Notes: generated from the sequence alone by a model not told the origin. DNA of 64,000 nt from Candidatus Magasanikbacteria bacterium GW2011_GWA2_37_8 (GCA_000992085.1 LBTN01000005.1:4999-68998), one strand, 5' to 3'. Positions 51,609-61,829 are shown, counted from the stretch's first letter. Translations and numbers: made by a program.

Positions 51609-52145
51609 ATGCAAATAGACTCTGTAATACATCTTAAATCATACGAACAAATCAAACTTTTACTTCGCCGCCATGCTATTACTTTTTTACCATTGATAGG
51701 AATATTTATAATTTTATTACTAATGCCAATCGGCGTTTATTTTCTTATTAATGCAATCTTCCCCACATTCTTAACTAACACTATCACTTATACCCTAATG
51801 GTTCTTTTCGCCAGTATTTATTATCTTTCGATCTATCTTTTTTTCTATTCTTACTTTGTAACTTTTTATTTAGATTTGTGGATTATTACGAATGATCGTT
51901 TAGTTGATATCCGCCAAGTAACTTTGTTCGCTCGCACTATTGCCGAAATTGATTTATACCAAATTCAAGATATTAGTTCCGACGTAAGCGGATTTTTTCC
52001 ATCACTATTTAATTACGGCAACGTATCGATCCAAACCGCCGGTACTATTCCCAAATGTATTTTATACAACGTCCCCGACCCGCACCACATCCGCCAAGTA
52101 ATTTTGGAACTATCTGCCAAAGACAAAGATTACCATAATAAGTAA
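51609..52145 (+). CDS. Membrane protein with bacterial PH domain
   Basis: IITNDRLVD, IQDI, FNYGNVSIQTAG. Confidence 0.75.
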   Translation: MQIDSVIHLKSYEQIKLLLRRHAITFLPLIGIFIILLLMPIGVYFLINAIFPTFLTNTITYTLMVLFASIYYLSIYLFFYSYFVTFYLDLWIITNDRLVDIRQVTLFARTIAEIDLYQIQDISSDVSGFFPSLFNYGNVSIQTAGTIPKCILYNVPDPHHIRQVILELSAKDKDYHNK

Positions 52146-52223
52146 ATACAAAAAAAACTCTTCGAATAATGAAGAGTTTTTTAAATCTAACTATCCGATA
52201 AATTCGGATAATTGAAGACTAGA

Positions 52224-54083
52224 CTAATAAATCTTCTCTACCTGCACTCCCGTATAATAATATTTAAGCAACTGGTCATACGTCCAGCCGTCTTTGTCGG
52301 CTCGAGCGGCAGCATCGGCGGCGCTCATACCTACACCGTGGCCAAACATACTTTGACCTTCGTCGTATTTACAATCTACTGGTTGTAACCATGGTTTATC
52401 GGTTCCGCCCCAAGCTTCGCTCCACAAACGCGTACGACCATCAGAATGGCCAAAATACGGGGTGGTAACAACCGTGCTGTTATAGGTAACCATTTCGCCA
52501 TAAGTGGCTTGTTCGGCTTGCACTACGCGTGGCATCAACACTTCCGAGTTATACCCTAAATACAATTGATCAACTGTAGTAGCATAAACATCAAAAGTGC
52601 GCTGACTGGCTGGCAAACCATTATTAATATTGTAATAAGCATAAGATCGAGCGGCCACCAAAATTGCTTTAATATATTCCATAGCGGCACCGCTGGAAGT
52701 TTCGCCAATGCCAGCGATATATTCATCTAGTGGTAATTCGTTAACAATATAGGGCATGCTACTTTTTGGTGAATAAACATATTCAAATGTACCTCGATAC
52801 ATATTAAAATTCTTTGCACCCTTCCAACTTACTTTGCGATCATAATTTACCAAAGTAAAATAATTTTGTGGGTCATACGGCACCAAACGAATTTTTTCGC
52901 CTTCGGTAAAATCCAGCCCCGCACCAAAAAATCCATATACACCATTGCTGTAATTTAACATTGCTTTAGTACCAGCAGGCAAATCTCCTTTTAAAACTTC
53001 ACCGCTATAAACTTTGTAAGGAAAAGAAGAAATAAATTCAACTTCATCGGTAGTTTTATACAAACCAATTCGAATAGTGGGTTCGTTAATTAAAACTCGA
53101 GCCGAAGAAAAAACAGTTTCTTGATAACCACTGGGTGCATCGCTAGTTACGGTAATCGGTAATTCCAAAGTACCGCCAACCAAAGTATGATTGTTGGCTG
53201 TTAATTGAAAACGGGCAATGTAGTTGCCTTGTTTAGCAGGCAAGCGAAAAAGATAAACCACTTCCAAAGGATCGCCTGGTTTAACAACACTGTCTCCTCC
53301 GGTAATTTTTTGAATTGATTGCCAAGATGGATCGGTAATATTTACTCGAGTAGTAGAATCACCGGTTGGCCGACTACCAGCTTCTTGCCATGAATAATTA
53401 TCCCAAGCAACCGTACCAGCATTTAAATAACGAACAATAAATTTTACTTGTTCACCACCACCCGCACTAATACTACGTGCCGAAAAAGCTACCAAGTTAG
53501 CATTGTATTCTTTGTTGACTAATTCTGATTCGTCTTGGCCATCTAAACCAGAATTTCCAATATTATCATCACTAACAGAAGTAACATTAACTTTTGGTTT
53601 GACAGCCACTGCTTTTACTTTTAAATAAAAATGGGTGCCAGCAATCCAAGTTTTGTTTTCGGATACTAAATAAAAATCCTCTTTATAATCGCCAATTTTT
53701 GTAGGCGCATACAAACGAATTTTTATTTCGGCAATTTGACCTGGTTTGGTTGTAGCCGAAATTTTGGCCGGCTGATCTTTGGCCAACCAATTTTTACCAG
53801 CCAACTTACTATTATGATAATTTGGATCGACTGTATAGGCAGAAACGTAATTCGGACCAACATTAGCCCAAACACTTTTACCAGTATTTTTAATTTTTAC
53901 TACCACATCTTTATATTCTCCCGCAGGAATTTCGATCGGATCAGACACTGTTTGACTAACATACTTTCCGCTGAATGTTTTATCTCGCGCCACTGGCTCT
54001 ACAAAACCAGCAGCCTTAACTGGTGGAACAAAAACAATAAAACAAAAAAATGTTACAAACAGTGTCAAAAATCTTTTTAACAT
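52224..54083 (-). CDS. Secreted SpoIID/LytB-domain protein with Ig-like domains
   Basis: Signal peptide; VNELPLDEYIAG..E, AARSYA, DQLYLG, GHGVGMS, LKYYY. Confidence 0.85.
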   Translation of the reverse strand: MLKRFLTLFVTFFCFIVFVPPVKAAGFVEPVARDKTFSGKYVSQTVSDPIEIPAGEYKDVVVKIKNTGKSVWANVGPNYVSAYTVDPNYHNSKLAGKNWLAKDQPAKISATTKPGQIAEIKIRLYAPTKIGDYKEDFYLVSENKTWIAGTHFYLKVKAVAVKPKVNVTSVSDDNIGNSGLDGQDESELVNKEYNANLVAFSARSISAGGGEQVKFIVRYLNAGTVAWDNYSWQEAGSRPTGDSTTRVNITDPSWQSIQKITGGDSVVKPGDPLEVVYLFRLPAKQGNYIARFQLTANNHTLVGGTLELPITVTSDAPSGYQETVFSSARVLINEPTIRIGLYKTTDEVEFISSFPYKVYSGEVLKGDLPAGTKAMLNYSNGVYGFFGAGLDFTEGEKIRLVPYDPQNYFTLVNYDRKVSWKGAKNFNMYRGTFEYVYSPKSSMPYIVNELPLDEYIAGIGETSSGAAMEYIKAILVAARSYAYYNINNGLPASQRTFDVYATTVDQLYLGYNSEVLMPRVVQAEQATYGEMVTYNSTVVTTPYFGHSDGRTRLWSEAWGGTDKPWLQPVDCKYDEGQSMFGHGVGMSAADAAARADKDGWTYDQLLKYYYTGVQVEKIY

Positions 54084-54197
54084 AAACAAAAACAATTAAT
54101 CAATTATCTGACTGTTTTAATTATACCATAAAATAATATGAAAAACACCGCCACCTTCACAAAATCACTTAATTAAGATAAAATATAGCTAATAAAT

Positions 54198-55625
54198 ATG
54201 TCTCTTACCAAAACAATTGCTCACAATACTTCAATCCAACTGGTTGGTAAAACTGTCAGCACGCTTTTGGGTATTATTGCGGTTATGATTATGACACGTA
54301 GTTTGGGGTTAGAAAAATTTGGTTGGTATGCTATGGCAGTTGGTTATTTGCAATTTGTGGGAATCTTAAGTGATTTTGGTTTTACTGTTACCACAGCCAA
54401 TATGTTGGCCGAGCCACAATTTGATAAACCAAAATTACTTAACGTGCTTTTTACTTGGCGGTTTATTACTGCTCTAATTTTCCAAGGGTTAGCGCCACTG
54501 GTTTTTCTTTTCTTTCCTTATCCAACACCAGTTAAAATTGCAGTGGCGATTACAGCTGTTTCCTTTTTTGTACAAGCCTTAAACCAAATTTTTACTGCCT
54601 ATTACCAAGTACAATTAAAAACCGTTATCACTATAACCGGCGAAGTGCTTGGTCGTCTAGCTTTGGTTGGCGGTGTGGCTTTAATTGCTTATTACCACGC
54701 GGGATTTTTACCAGTAATGATAACTATCACCATTGCCGCTATTATTTCCACAATTTATATGTGGAGTAAAATTACTGGCCTAAGATTTTCTTTAGATAAA
54801 ATTATTTCCAAGGCAATCTATACCAAAATCTGGCCGAACGCTGTGGCGGTTATTTTTAATTCTTTTTATCTTCAGGGTGATAGGGTGATACTGCCACTTT
54901 TTGTTTCGGCTACCGACGTTGGTTTATACAGTGCAGCTTATCGAGTATTAGACATTGTTGTCCAAATGGCGGCTATGATTATGGGCATAATGATGCCACT
55001 TATTACCTATGCTTGGTCGCGCAATTTAAAAACCGAATTTAAAATTCATTATCAAACTGCTTTAAACTTAACAGCTTTAATTTTATTACCAGTTTTGGCT
55101 GGTATGATAATATTAGCTAATCCGATTATGCTACTAGTAGGTGGAGCTGATTTTGTTTCCGCCGGAAAAATTTTAATCGTTTTAAGTTCAGCAATACTAG
55201 GAATTTGCTTTGGTATGGTGTTTGGCCACACTGCTTTGGGAATTGGCCGCCAACGTCAAGCATTGTGGATTTATGGTATTGATGCTGTTTTAAGTATTAT
55301 TGGCTATTTTATCTTTATCCCTCGATATGGAATTTATGGTGCCGGTGGTGTTACCATTTTTTCTGAATTATTTGCTGGTATTATGCTAGCCCTGTTAGTG
55401 CGCCATTATTCTGCCACCAAACTTAAATTTTTTACTTTTGGAAAAATTATTTTTGCCAGTGCTATTATGGCTGGATTAGTATACTTATTCCAACCATTAT
55501 CTCTAATCTGGTCAGTTTTAATTGGTGCAATTATCTACTCTGCTCTAGTTTTAATACTCAAAATTATTTCTTGGAATACTATTAAAGAAATCTTTGCTAA
55601 AAACAAATTGTCAACTGCCCTATAA
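54198..55625 (+). CDS. Wzx/RfbX-type polysaccharide flippase
   Basis: Many TM helices; RSLG.E.FG, DFG, VGLYSAAYR. Confidence 0.85.
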   Translation: MSLTKTIAHNTSIQLVGKTVSTLLGIIAVMIMTRSLGLEKFGWYAMAVGYLQFVGILSDFGFTVTTANMLAEPQFDKPKLLNVLFTWRFITALIFQGLAPLVFLFFPYPTPVKIAVAITAVSFFVQALNQIFTAYYQVQLKTVITITGEVLGRLALVGGVALIAYYHAGFLPVMITITIAAIISTIYMWSKITGLRFSLDKIISKAIYTKIWPNAVAVIFNSFYLQGDRVILPLFVSATDVGLYSAAYRVLDIVVQMAAMIMGIMMPLITYAWSRNLKTEFKIHYQTALNLTALILLPVLAGMIILANPIMLLVGGADFVSAGKILIVLSSAILGICFGMVFGHTALGIGRQRQALWIYGIDAVLSIIGYFIFIPRYGIYGAGGVTIFSELFAGIMLALLVRHYSATKLKFFTFGKIIFASAIMAGLVYLFQPLSLIWSVLIGAIIYSALVLILKIISWNTIKEIFAKNKLSTAL

Positions 55626-55679
55626 TCTGCTAAAATACTATTACCAAATAACTACTTAACAATTTAGCAATTTAATTCT

Positions 55680-56726
55680 ATGGACTTTTCTAAAATTCGC
55701 AATTATCTTTTTTTAGGCTTACTTGGTATAGTAACAATCTCATTTTTATCATTACTTAAAAGTTTTGCCTACCCAATATTTTGGGCAGCAATAATCGCTG
55801 CACTATTTTATCCTTTATACAAATACATTAATACTAAAATCAATCATCCAAACTTTAGTACCCTTATCACTATGTTGGTTGTACTATTGGTAATCATTAT
55901 CCCACTCACAGTTATCGGCACCCTATTAATCAAACAATCACTAGAAGTTTACTTATCTTTTGACAACAATCAAATTAGCACCACCTTACATCAATCACTA
56001 GAATGGTTTAAAAGCAATCCATACACCACAAAATTACAAATTAATGAGGCGATGATAACCGAAAAATTTTCCGAAATTACCCGAACAATCACGAGTTATA
56101 TTTTTGTCACTGCTAAAAATCTCACTCAAGATTCTATTACCTTTTTTGCCATGTTCTTGATTATGTTTTATACCCTGTTCTTCTTTATCCGTGATGGCAA
56201 AAAATTGCTTCTTAAATTAATGTATATCTGCCCATTAGGAGATAAATACGAAAAAATGCTCTATAAAAAATTTACCACCACCACCCACTCTACTATCAAA
56301 GGCACTTTGTTGGTAGCCGCTCTTCAAGGCACGCTAGGCGGTTTGCTTTTCTGGATAACCGGTATTTCTGGAGCAGTAATTTGGGGAATTTTAATCGCTG
56401 TTGCCTCTCTAATACCCGCAATTGGCACAGCTATAATTTGGCTTCCTGCTGGGATCGTGATGTTACTTAGTGGTGGTATTTGGCAAGGATTAACTATCCT
56501 AATTTTTGGAGCACTAGTAATTAGTACCATCGATAACTTTCTCCGCCCAATTTTGGTGGGTAAAGACACCCAAATGCACCCATTGCTAATTTTATTTTCT
56601 ACTTTAGGTGGTTTAATCTTGTTTGGTATTTCCGGCTTTATGATCGGACCGATAATCGCCGCCCTTTTTATCTCTTTCTGGGAGATGTACGAGGAATATT
56701 ATAAAGATGATTTGGCACATAATTAA
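55680..56726 (+). CDS. AI-2E (PerM) family transporter
   Basis: IDNFLRP, MHPLLILFSTLGG..LFG..GFMIGP. Confidence 0.9.
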   Translation: MDFSKIRNYLFLGLLGIVTISFLSLLKSFAYPIFWAAIIAALFYPLYKYINTKINHPNFSTLITMLVVLLVIIIPLTVIGTLLIKQSLEVYLSFDNNQISTTLHQSLEWFKSNPYTTKLQINEAMITEKFSEITRTITSYIFVTAKNLTQDSITFFAMFLIMFYTLFFFIRDGKKLLLKLMYICPLGDKYEKMLYKKFTTTTHSTIKGTLLVAALQGTLGGLLFWITGISGAVIWGILIAVASLIPAIGTAIIWLPAGIVMLLSGGIWQGLTILIFGALVISTIDNFLRPILVGKDTQMHPLLILFSTLGGLILFGISGFMIGPIIAALFISFWEMYEEYYKDDLAHN

Positions 56727-56829
56727 GAATATTTATCAGACAAACACCGCCCTGTATAAAACAAGGCGGTGTTGACAAAAATAATCAAATGATATAAAAT
56801 ATTTTTACTAGAATTTAAATACCAAACAC

Positions 56830-56901
56830 GCGGGTGTAGTACAATGGTTCGTATACGTCCTTGCCAAGGATGAGATGGCGGTTCGATTCCGCTCACCCGC
56901 T
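56830..56901 (+). tRNA. tRNA-Gly(GCC)
   Basis: GCGGGTG/CACCCGC acceptor, CGTCC-TTGCCAA-GGATG, GTTCGA. Confidence 0.95.
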
Positions 56902-57065
56902 CAAAGAAACTTTTCTGATTAAATCAGGAAAGTTTTTTATTATATTCGGCATAAGGTACATAATATTCAAATGGTATTCTAAAAATAGATTGGACTAGTT
57001 TATGATTTTGTGGTTAAATTAAATTGGTATTGACTGAGGAAATATAATAGCCACGAGGAGGAATC

Positions 57066-57251
57066 GTGAAAATGCGCACTTTGCGTTTGATCCTTTTGCT
57101 GGGCATTCCGATAGTCTTGACTACAGGAGGTGCCTCCTACTTTTGCCTGAGCGGGATGCCCCAGGCATGGGCAATGCTGGCCCATGTGGCGGCATTTCTA
57201 GTTCTTTGGGCCGTTGCGATTCGGATATCAGGCCCAGGCCGCCGCAAGTAG
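57066..57251 (+). CDS. Small GC-rich 2-TM orphan
   Basis: GAGGAGG SD, GTG start, two hydrophobic helices. Confidence 0.5.
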   Translation: MKMRTLRLILLLGIPIVLTTGGASYFCLSGMPQAWAMLAHVAAFLVLWAVAIRISGPGRRK

Positions 57252-57447
57252 GTTTGAGTGGGGGATGCGATGAAGATCCATTCGCACACCACATTTTTTT
57301 CTGAATTATTTTGGAAAAAAATGTGGAGGATATTGCGAATGGATTTTTGTTTTGTAATTTAAGTTAGTCAACCCAATCTGTAATATAATTATAATTGTGT
57401 TACTATAAATTTAGTGAATTAACTGTTCAGAGATTGGGGAGGTTTTC

Positions 57448-57660
57448 ATGGGGAAGCGTTCACACAAGAAGCGAGATTGGGAGGCTGACTACAACGACCT
57501 CCCGAGCTTCCGTCGTGCGTGACAGTTCGTGAACATGAACATGAAGGATTTCAAAGTTGCTGTTATGAAGATTGAACGTCGTGGTCGTCGTGCGGAAGCT
57601 GGATTAGGCTTTTCCAGGCGCGAGGAGCATGAGTGCTTGGGTACCTTCTACCCCAAGTAA
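57448..57660 (+). pseudogene. GC-rich basic ORF interrupted by one in-frame TGA
   Basis: GGAGG SD; 70 codons with TGA at 57520-57522. Confidence 0.4.
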
Positions 57661-57965
57661 CACATGCGGAAGTCCTGAAACAGCGCTTCTCAGACACCAC
57701 CCCCCCTTCGGCGCGAAGGGGGCGAGGCTATGCGGTACCACATCTACCGTCGACATTCACTCAGATTATTTAATCACCTTGAATAATTTGAAAGGAGTTC
57801 TGTCGACGGTTTTTGTTTTATATTCATCAAAATAGTTCTAACATCCTCTACTAAGGAGCCCATCGTAAAACTTCGCTTAAATAGCGGGGTTTTTGTTTTA
57901 TAAGTTATCCACACTTGACGAGTTTAATTAGGTGGTGTATCATTCAAACATACATTTGAACGTAT

Positions 57966-58259
57966 ATGATAAAAAAAATAGGCAACAAAGATTTAAAAGT
58001 ACTAGCCAAAAGACTGCAGGCTGCTTCAGAGCCTACGCGTCTACAAATTTTATGTTTGATATTTGGTAAAGAAAAGGTATGTGTTTCGGAGATAGCTAAA
58101 AAGCTTAAATTAAGTGTTGCTATTGTTTCTCATCATTTGCAGGCTCTTTACAAAGAAGGCATTTTAAATCCAGAACGAGAAGGTAAAAGAATTTGTTATA
58201 TTCTTGCCGAGACCGATTTTGTAAACGACCTTAAAAATTTAATTTGTAAATATAAATAG
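57966..58259 (+). CDS. ArsR/SmtB-family regulator
   Basis: EPTRLQIL, CVSEIA, VSHHL..L...G. Confidence 0.9.
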   Translation: MIKKIGNKDLKVLAKRLQAASEPTRLQILCLIFGKEKVCVSEIAKKLKLSVAIVSHHLQALYKEGILNPEREGKRICYILAETDFVNDLKNLICKYK

Positions 58260-58283
58260 TTTTATTAATTTAACTTTAATAAT

Positions 58284-58520
58284 ATGGAAAACAAAGTTTT
58301 TGTTTATTCTACACCTTCTTGTCCGTATTGCCATATGGCCAAGGATTATTTTAAAAATAATGGCGTAGAGTTTGTTGATTACAATGTGGCAGAAGATCAG
58401 CTTAAGGCACAAGAAATGATTACAAAAAGCGGGCAGATGGGCGTGCCAGTAATAGATATTAATGGTGAAATAATTATCGGTTATCGACCAGATGTTTTTC
58501 AACAATTACTTGGTAAATAA
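58284..58520 (+). CDS. Glutaredoxin / NrdH-redoxin
   Basis: YSTPSCPYC, GQMGVPVI. Confidence 0.92.
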   Translation: MENKVFVYSTPSCPYCHMAKDYFKNNGVEFVDYNVAEDQLKAQEMITKSGQMGVPVIDINGEIIIGYRPDVFQQLLGK

Positions 58521-58699
58521 TTTGTTTAATAAACCCGACTCCGACCCTTGGGTCGGAATATCTGGGCGGGTTTTTTAGTAGTAGAGTCAGCCCCGCCGAC
58601 GTAACTTCTAATAAACAAGCACCTTAATAAATAGGGTGCTTTTTTAATTGCGTAATTAAAAATTTTGTGGTATAAATTAGGGGTTAATTATTTTTTATT

Positions 58700-59896
58700 A
58701 TGCCTTCAAATAATCCATCTTGCCCCGATTGTGGCAGTGCCCCAGTAAATCATACGCTCGAGAGTTTTGATAACTGGATGGAAATTATTACTAATCCAGT
58801 ACTTTTGCCTTTGGATAGATTGCGCCAGTGGATTTTTCCGGCTACTTCTTGGATAGGAGATTATTTGGCACCAGTATTAATGGAATTTTTTGTTTTAATT
58901 AAACTAGCTCGTTGGATTGATGAACCAGAAGATAAAATTTCGGTACGAGCCAAATGTTTTTGGGAAGAAGCTAAAAAACGCGGTATTAAAATGCGCGAGT
59001 GGCGATTATTTAACTTACCTAATGAAACTTTTTTGGCAGAATGGAAAAAGCAAAAGTGTATTTTTCAGGGGTTGCCTCGTCCTAATGGTCCAGATTCTGA
59101 TTCTCTAATTTGGATGGACAATAAAGCCGAAATGAAGAAAAATTTTTTAATGTGGGGTATACCAGTAGCCAAAGGCAGGGCAGTTTTTAGTGTTAAAAAA
59201 GCCATTTTTATATTTAATAATTTAGCCAAACCAGTAATCGTAAAACCAGCCTCTGGTTCACGTAGTCGTCATACTACTATTCATATTGAAACCGAAAAAG
59301 AATTAATCGAAGCTTTTAATAAAGCCAAAATGATTTGTCCGCTTGTAATGGTGGAGGAAGAATTGCAGGGAAGTGTTTATCGAGCGATTGTAGTTGGTGG
59401 AAAATTAGAGGGAGTTTTGCGACGTGACCCAGCAGCAGTAGAAGGCGATGGTATTCATACAGTGCGGGAGTTAGTAGAAATAGAAAACAAAAAACCCCTG
59501 CGTCAGGGTCCGTTATTCCATTATTTGGTAGCCGACGAAGCAACAGAATCGGAATTAAAACGTCAAAATTTAAATTGGGATAGTGTGCCAATGTTAAATA
59601 GGATTGTTGCGCTTGGAACTAAAACTAGTCGCGGAGTGGGTGGTGCTTTAGTAGATGTAACCGATATAGCCCACCCAGATAACATAAAATTATTTACTTT
59701 TATTGCTGAAAAATTAAAAGACTCTTTAGTAGGGATTGATTTTATTATTTCTGATATTAAAAAATCGTGGCAAGAGCAGCCACGATCGGGCGTAATTGAA
59801 TGTAATAGTATGCCGTTTATTGATCTACATCATTATCCTTTGCAAGGTACACCGCGTAATGTGGCCGGCGCACTTTGGGATATTATCTTTCGTTAG
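58700..59896 (+). CDS. Cyanophycin-synthetase/GshF-like ATP-grasp protein
   Basis: DNK, VIVKP..GS, R.PA.VEGDG..TV.EL, GID, IECN..P; N-terminal CPDC. Confidence 0.75.
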   Translation: MPSNNPSCPDCGSAPVNHTLESFDNWMEIITNPVLLPLDRLRQWIFPATSWIGDYLAPVLMEFFVLIKLARWIDEPEDKISVRAKCFWEEAKKRGIKMREWRLFNLPNETFLAEWKKQKCIFQGLPRPNGPDSDSLIWMDNKAEMKKNFLMWGIPVAKGRAVFSVKKAIFIFNNLAKPVIVKPASGSRSRHTTIHIETEKELIEAFNKAKMICPLVMVEEELQGSVYRAIVVGGKLEGVLRRDPAAVEGDGIHTVRELVEIENKKPLRQGPLFHYLVADEATESELKRQNLNWDSVPMLNRIVALGTKTSRGVGGALVDVTDIAHPDNIKLFTFIAEKLKDSLVGIDFIISDIKKSWQEQPRSGVIECNSMPFIDLHHYPLQGTPRNVAGALWDIIFR

Positions 59897-60314
59897 GTTT
59901 TTCTTCTACCATCCATTCCCCTAGCATTTTTTTAAATTCTTCTTTACGCTCGGAGGTGTCTTTGTCGTGCAAATGGTCGAGCGGGCTATACTCTGGGGTT
60001 AATTCATGATGACCGCGAATTTCATTATCAATAAATAGTCGTACATGATATTGATAACGGAAATTTTCACGTAAACGTAAACTAATTAATTCCTCATCAT
60101 CTATCCAAGCGATACGATTTTTTTCAAAACCTTGATCTAGTAGATACTGATTAAACCCTCCTATAGTACGTCCGGGTGCCAACCAACCCAAGTGGTATTC
60201 TTGGCGTTTTGGGTAAGGTGCATAGCCAAAAAATTTTGATATATTTCGACCAATAGGGAAAAAAGGGTTTAAAATCCACCAAAGATATTTTTTTAGATAA
60301 TCATGCCAACACAT
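59883..60314 (-). CDS. Hypothetical protein
   Basis: 143-codon ORF with QYHVRLF..EIRGHHE. Confidence 0.6.
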   Translation of the reverse strand: MCWHDYLKKYLWWILNPFFPIGRNISKFFGYAPYPKRQEYHLGWLAPGRTIGGFNQYLLDQGFEKNRIAWIDDEELISLRLRENFRYQYHVRLFIDNEIRGHHELTPEYSPLDHLHDKDTSERKEEFKKMLGEWMVEEKPNER

Positions 60315-60494
60315 AAGAGTATTTATTATTATATATTATACCTATTATTTAAAAATGTTTCCAGAGGGCGTATTTAACTTGTTAGAAATGCAGTTTGATG
60401 GTAAGATATGTTCACTTAAATATATTATAAATATATTCTCATTCGTTCAAAAAAGAATAAATAAATTTATTCTTTTCACTCACTCATTTCGAAT

Positions 60495-61238
60495 ATGAAA
60501 ATACATTTTTTGGGTACCAATAATTGGTATGATACAAAAACTGGTCAGACGCCGTGTACTTTAATTGACACTAAGGAAGCTTATATTATTTTGGATGCTG
60601 GTTATGGTATTCATAAAGTAGATAAATACATAAAACCAGGAAAACCAATTTATTTGTTTATTTCACATTTACATGTTGATCATATTTGCGGTTTACATGT
60701 TTTGCCAAAATTTAAGTTTACCGAACCGCTAACGATTTTTTGTGCTGATGAATCAAAAAAGTATTTGACAAAATTTACCCAGCATCCGTTTATGTCGCCA
60801 ATTAAAAATTTGCCTTACAAAACTAAAATAGTTGGTATTAGACCAGGTAAGTTTGTTAAGCCGCTATCGTTTGTTTGTAAAAATTTGAAGCACATAGATT
60901 ACGATTTGGGTTATAGGTTTAATTTGGAAAGAAAAATTATTACTTATTGTGCCGATACCGCTGTTTGCGAAAATGATTATTTGTTAGCTAAAGATGCAGA
61001 TCTATTAATGCATGAATGCGCTTTTTCACCTGGTAGCGTGCATGATGCTTGGGGACATAGTAATCCCGAAGATGGTGCTAAGCTCGCTAAACGAGCGCAG
61101 GTAAAAAAATTAATGCTTACTCTTTTTGGTGCCAGTGGCTATCCGTCGGTAATGCATCGGCAAGAGGCGCAGCGGGTGGCACGAAAGATATTTGCACCCA
61201 CAGAAATTGCTTATGATGATTTGATAGTAGAACTGTAA
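60495..61238 (+). CDS. Metallo-beta-lactamase fold hydrolase (RNase Z-like)
   Basis: FLGT, LDAG, SHLHVDH, YCADT, HEC, GHS. Confidence 0.88.
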   Translation: MKIHFLGTNNWYDTKTGQTPCTLIDTKEAYIILDAGYGIHKVDKYIKPGKPIYLFISHLHVDHICGLHVLPKFKFTEPLTIFCADESKKYLTKFTQHPFMSPIKNLPYKTKIVGIRPGKFVKPLSFVCKNLKHIDYDLGYRFNLERKIITYCADTAVCENDYLLAKDADLLMHECAFSPGSVHDAWGHSNPEDGAKLAKRAQVKKLMLTLFGASGYPSVMHRQEAQRVARKIFAPTEIAYDDLIVEL

Positions 61239-61447
61239 TAAAAAATAAACCCATCAGAGGGTTTATTTTTTATTTTGTTGCGGGGCTCGGCGCTTCGCTA
61301 TTTGAAATCGTCGCTTTGCTCCTCTTTGGAAAACCTTTGGGTTTTCCAATACCTTTCCTCAGCAAGAGAAAACTCCCGTTTTCTCCCTTTCCCCTTTAAA
61401 TCCGAGCCAAAATAAAAATGACCCACGTTGTGGATCATTTTTATTTG

Positions 61448-61521
61448 TTGCGGGGCTCGGATTTGAACCGAGAACCTTCGGGTTATGGGCCCGACGAGCT
61501 GCCAGGTTGCTCTACCCCGCT
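61448..61521 (-). tRNA. Initiator tRNA-fMet(CAT)
   Basis: Mismatched 1:72 pair, three G-C pairs in anticodon stem TCGGG/CCCGA, GTTCAA. Confidence 0.93.
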
Positions 61522-61757
61522 ATTTAGTATGTTCCCATTATACCTGAATATTTAATTTTGTCAACCCAATGTACAGCCACCCTTCAAGAGTTACACTGTA
61601 TATAGAATAATTAGCTAAAAAACAACATTTTATAATAATTATTTTTATGAAGTTTAAAGTGTTTAAGCAAAAATAAATAAGGTGTCACCTCCCGCTATAA
61701 ATTTACCGCTTTATTATCAGCAAAACTTCTCTATATTAAAGAGAAGTTTTTTAAGTG

Positions 61758-61829
61758 AGCGGGTAAGGGGAGTCGAACCCCTGTCACGAGTTTGGAAAAC
61801 TCGGATAATAGCCGTTATATGATACCCGC
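61758..61829 (-). tRNA. tRNA-Gly(TCC)
   Basis: GCGGGTA/TACCCGC acceptor, CGAGT-TTTCCAA-ACTCG, GTTCGA. Confidence 0.93.
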
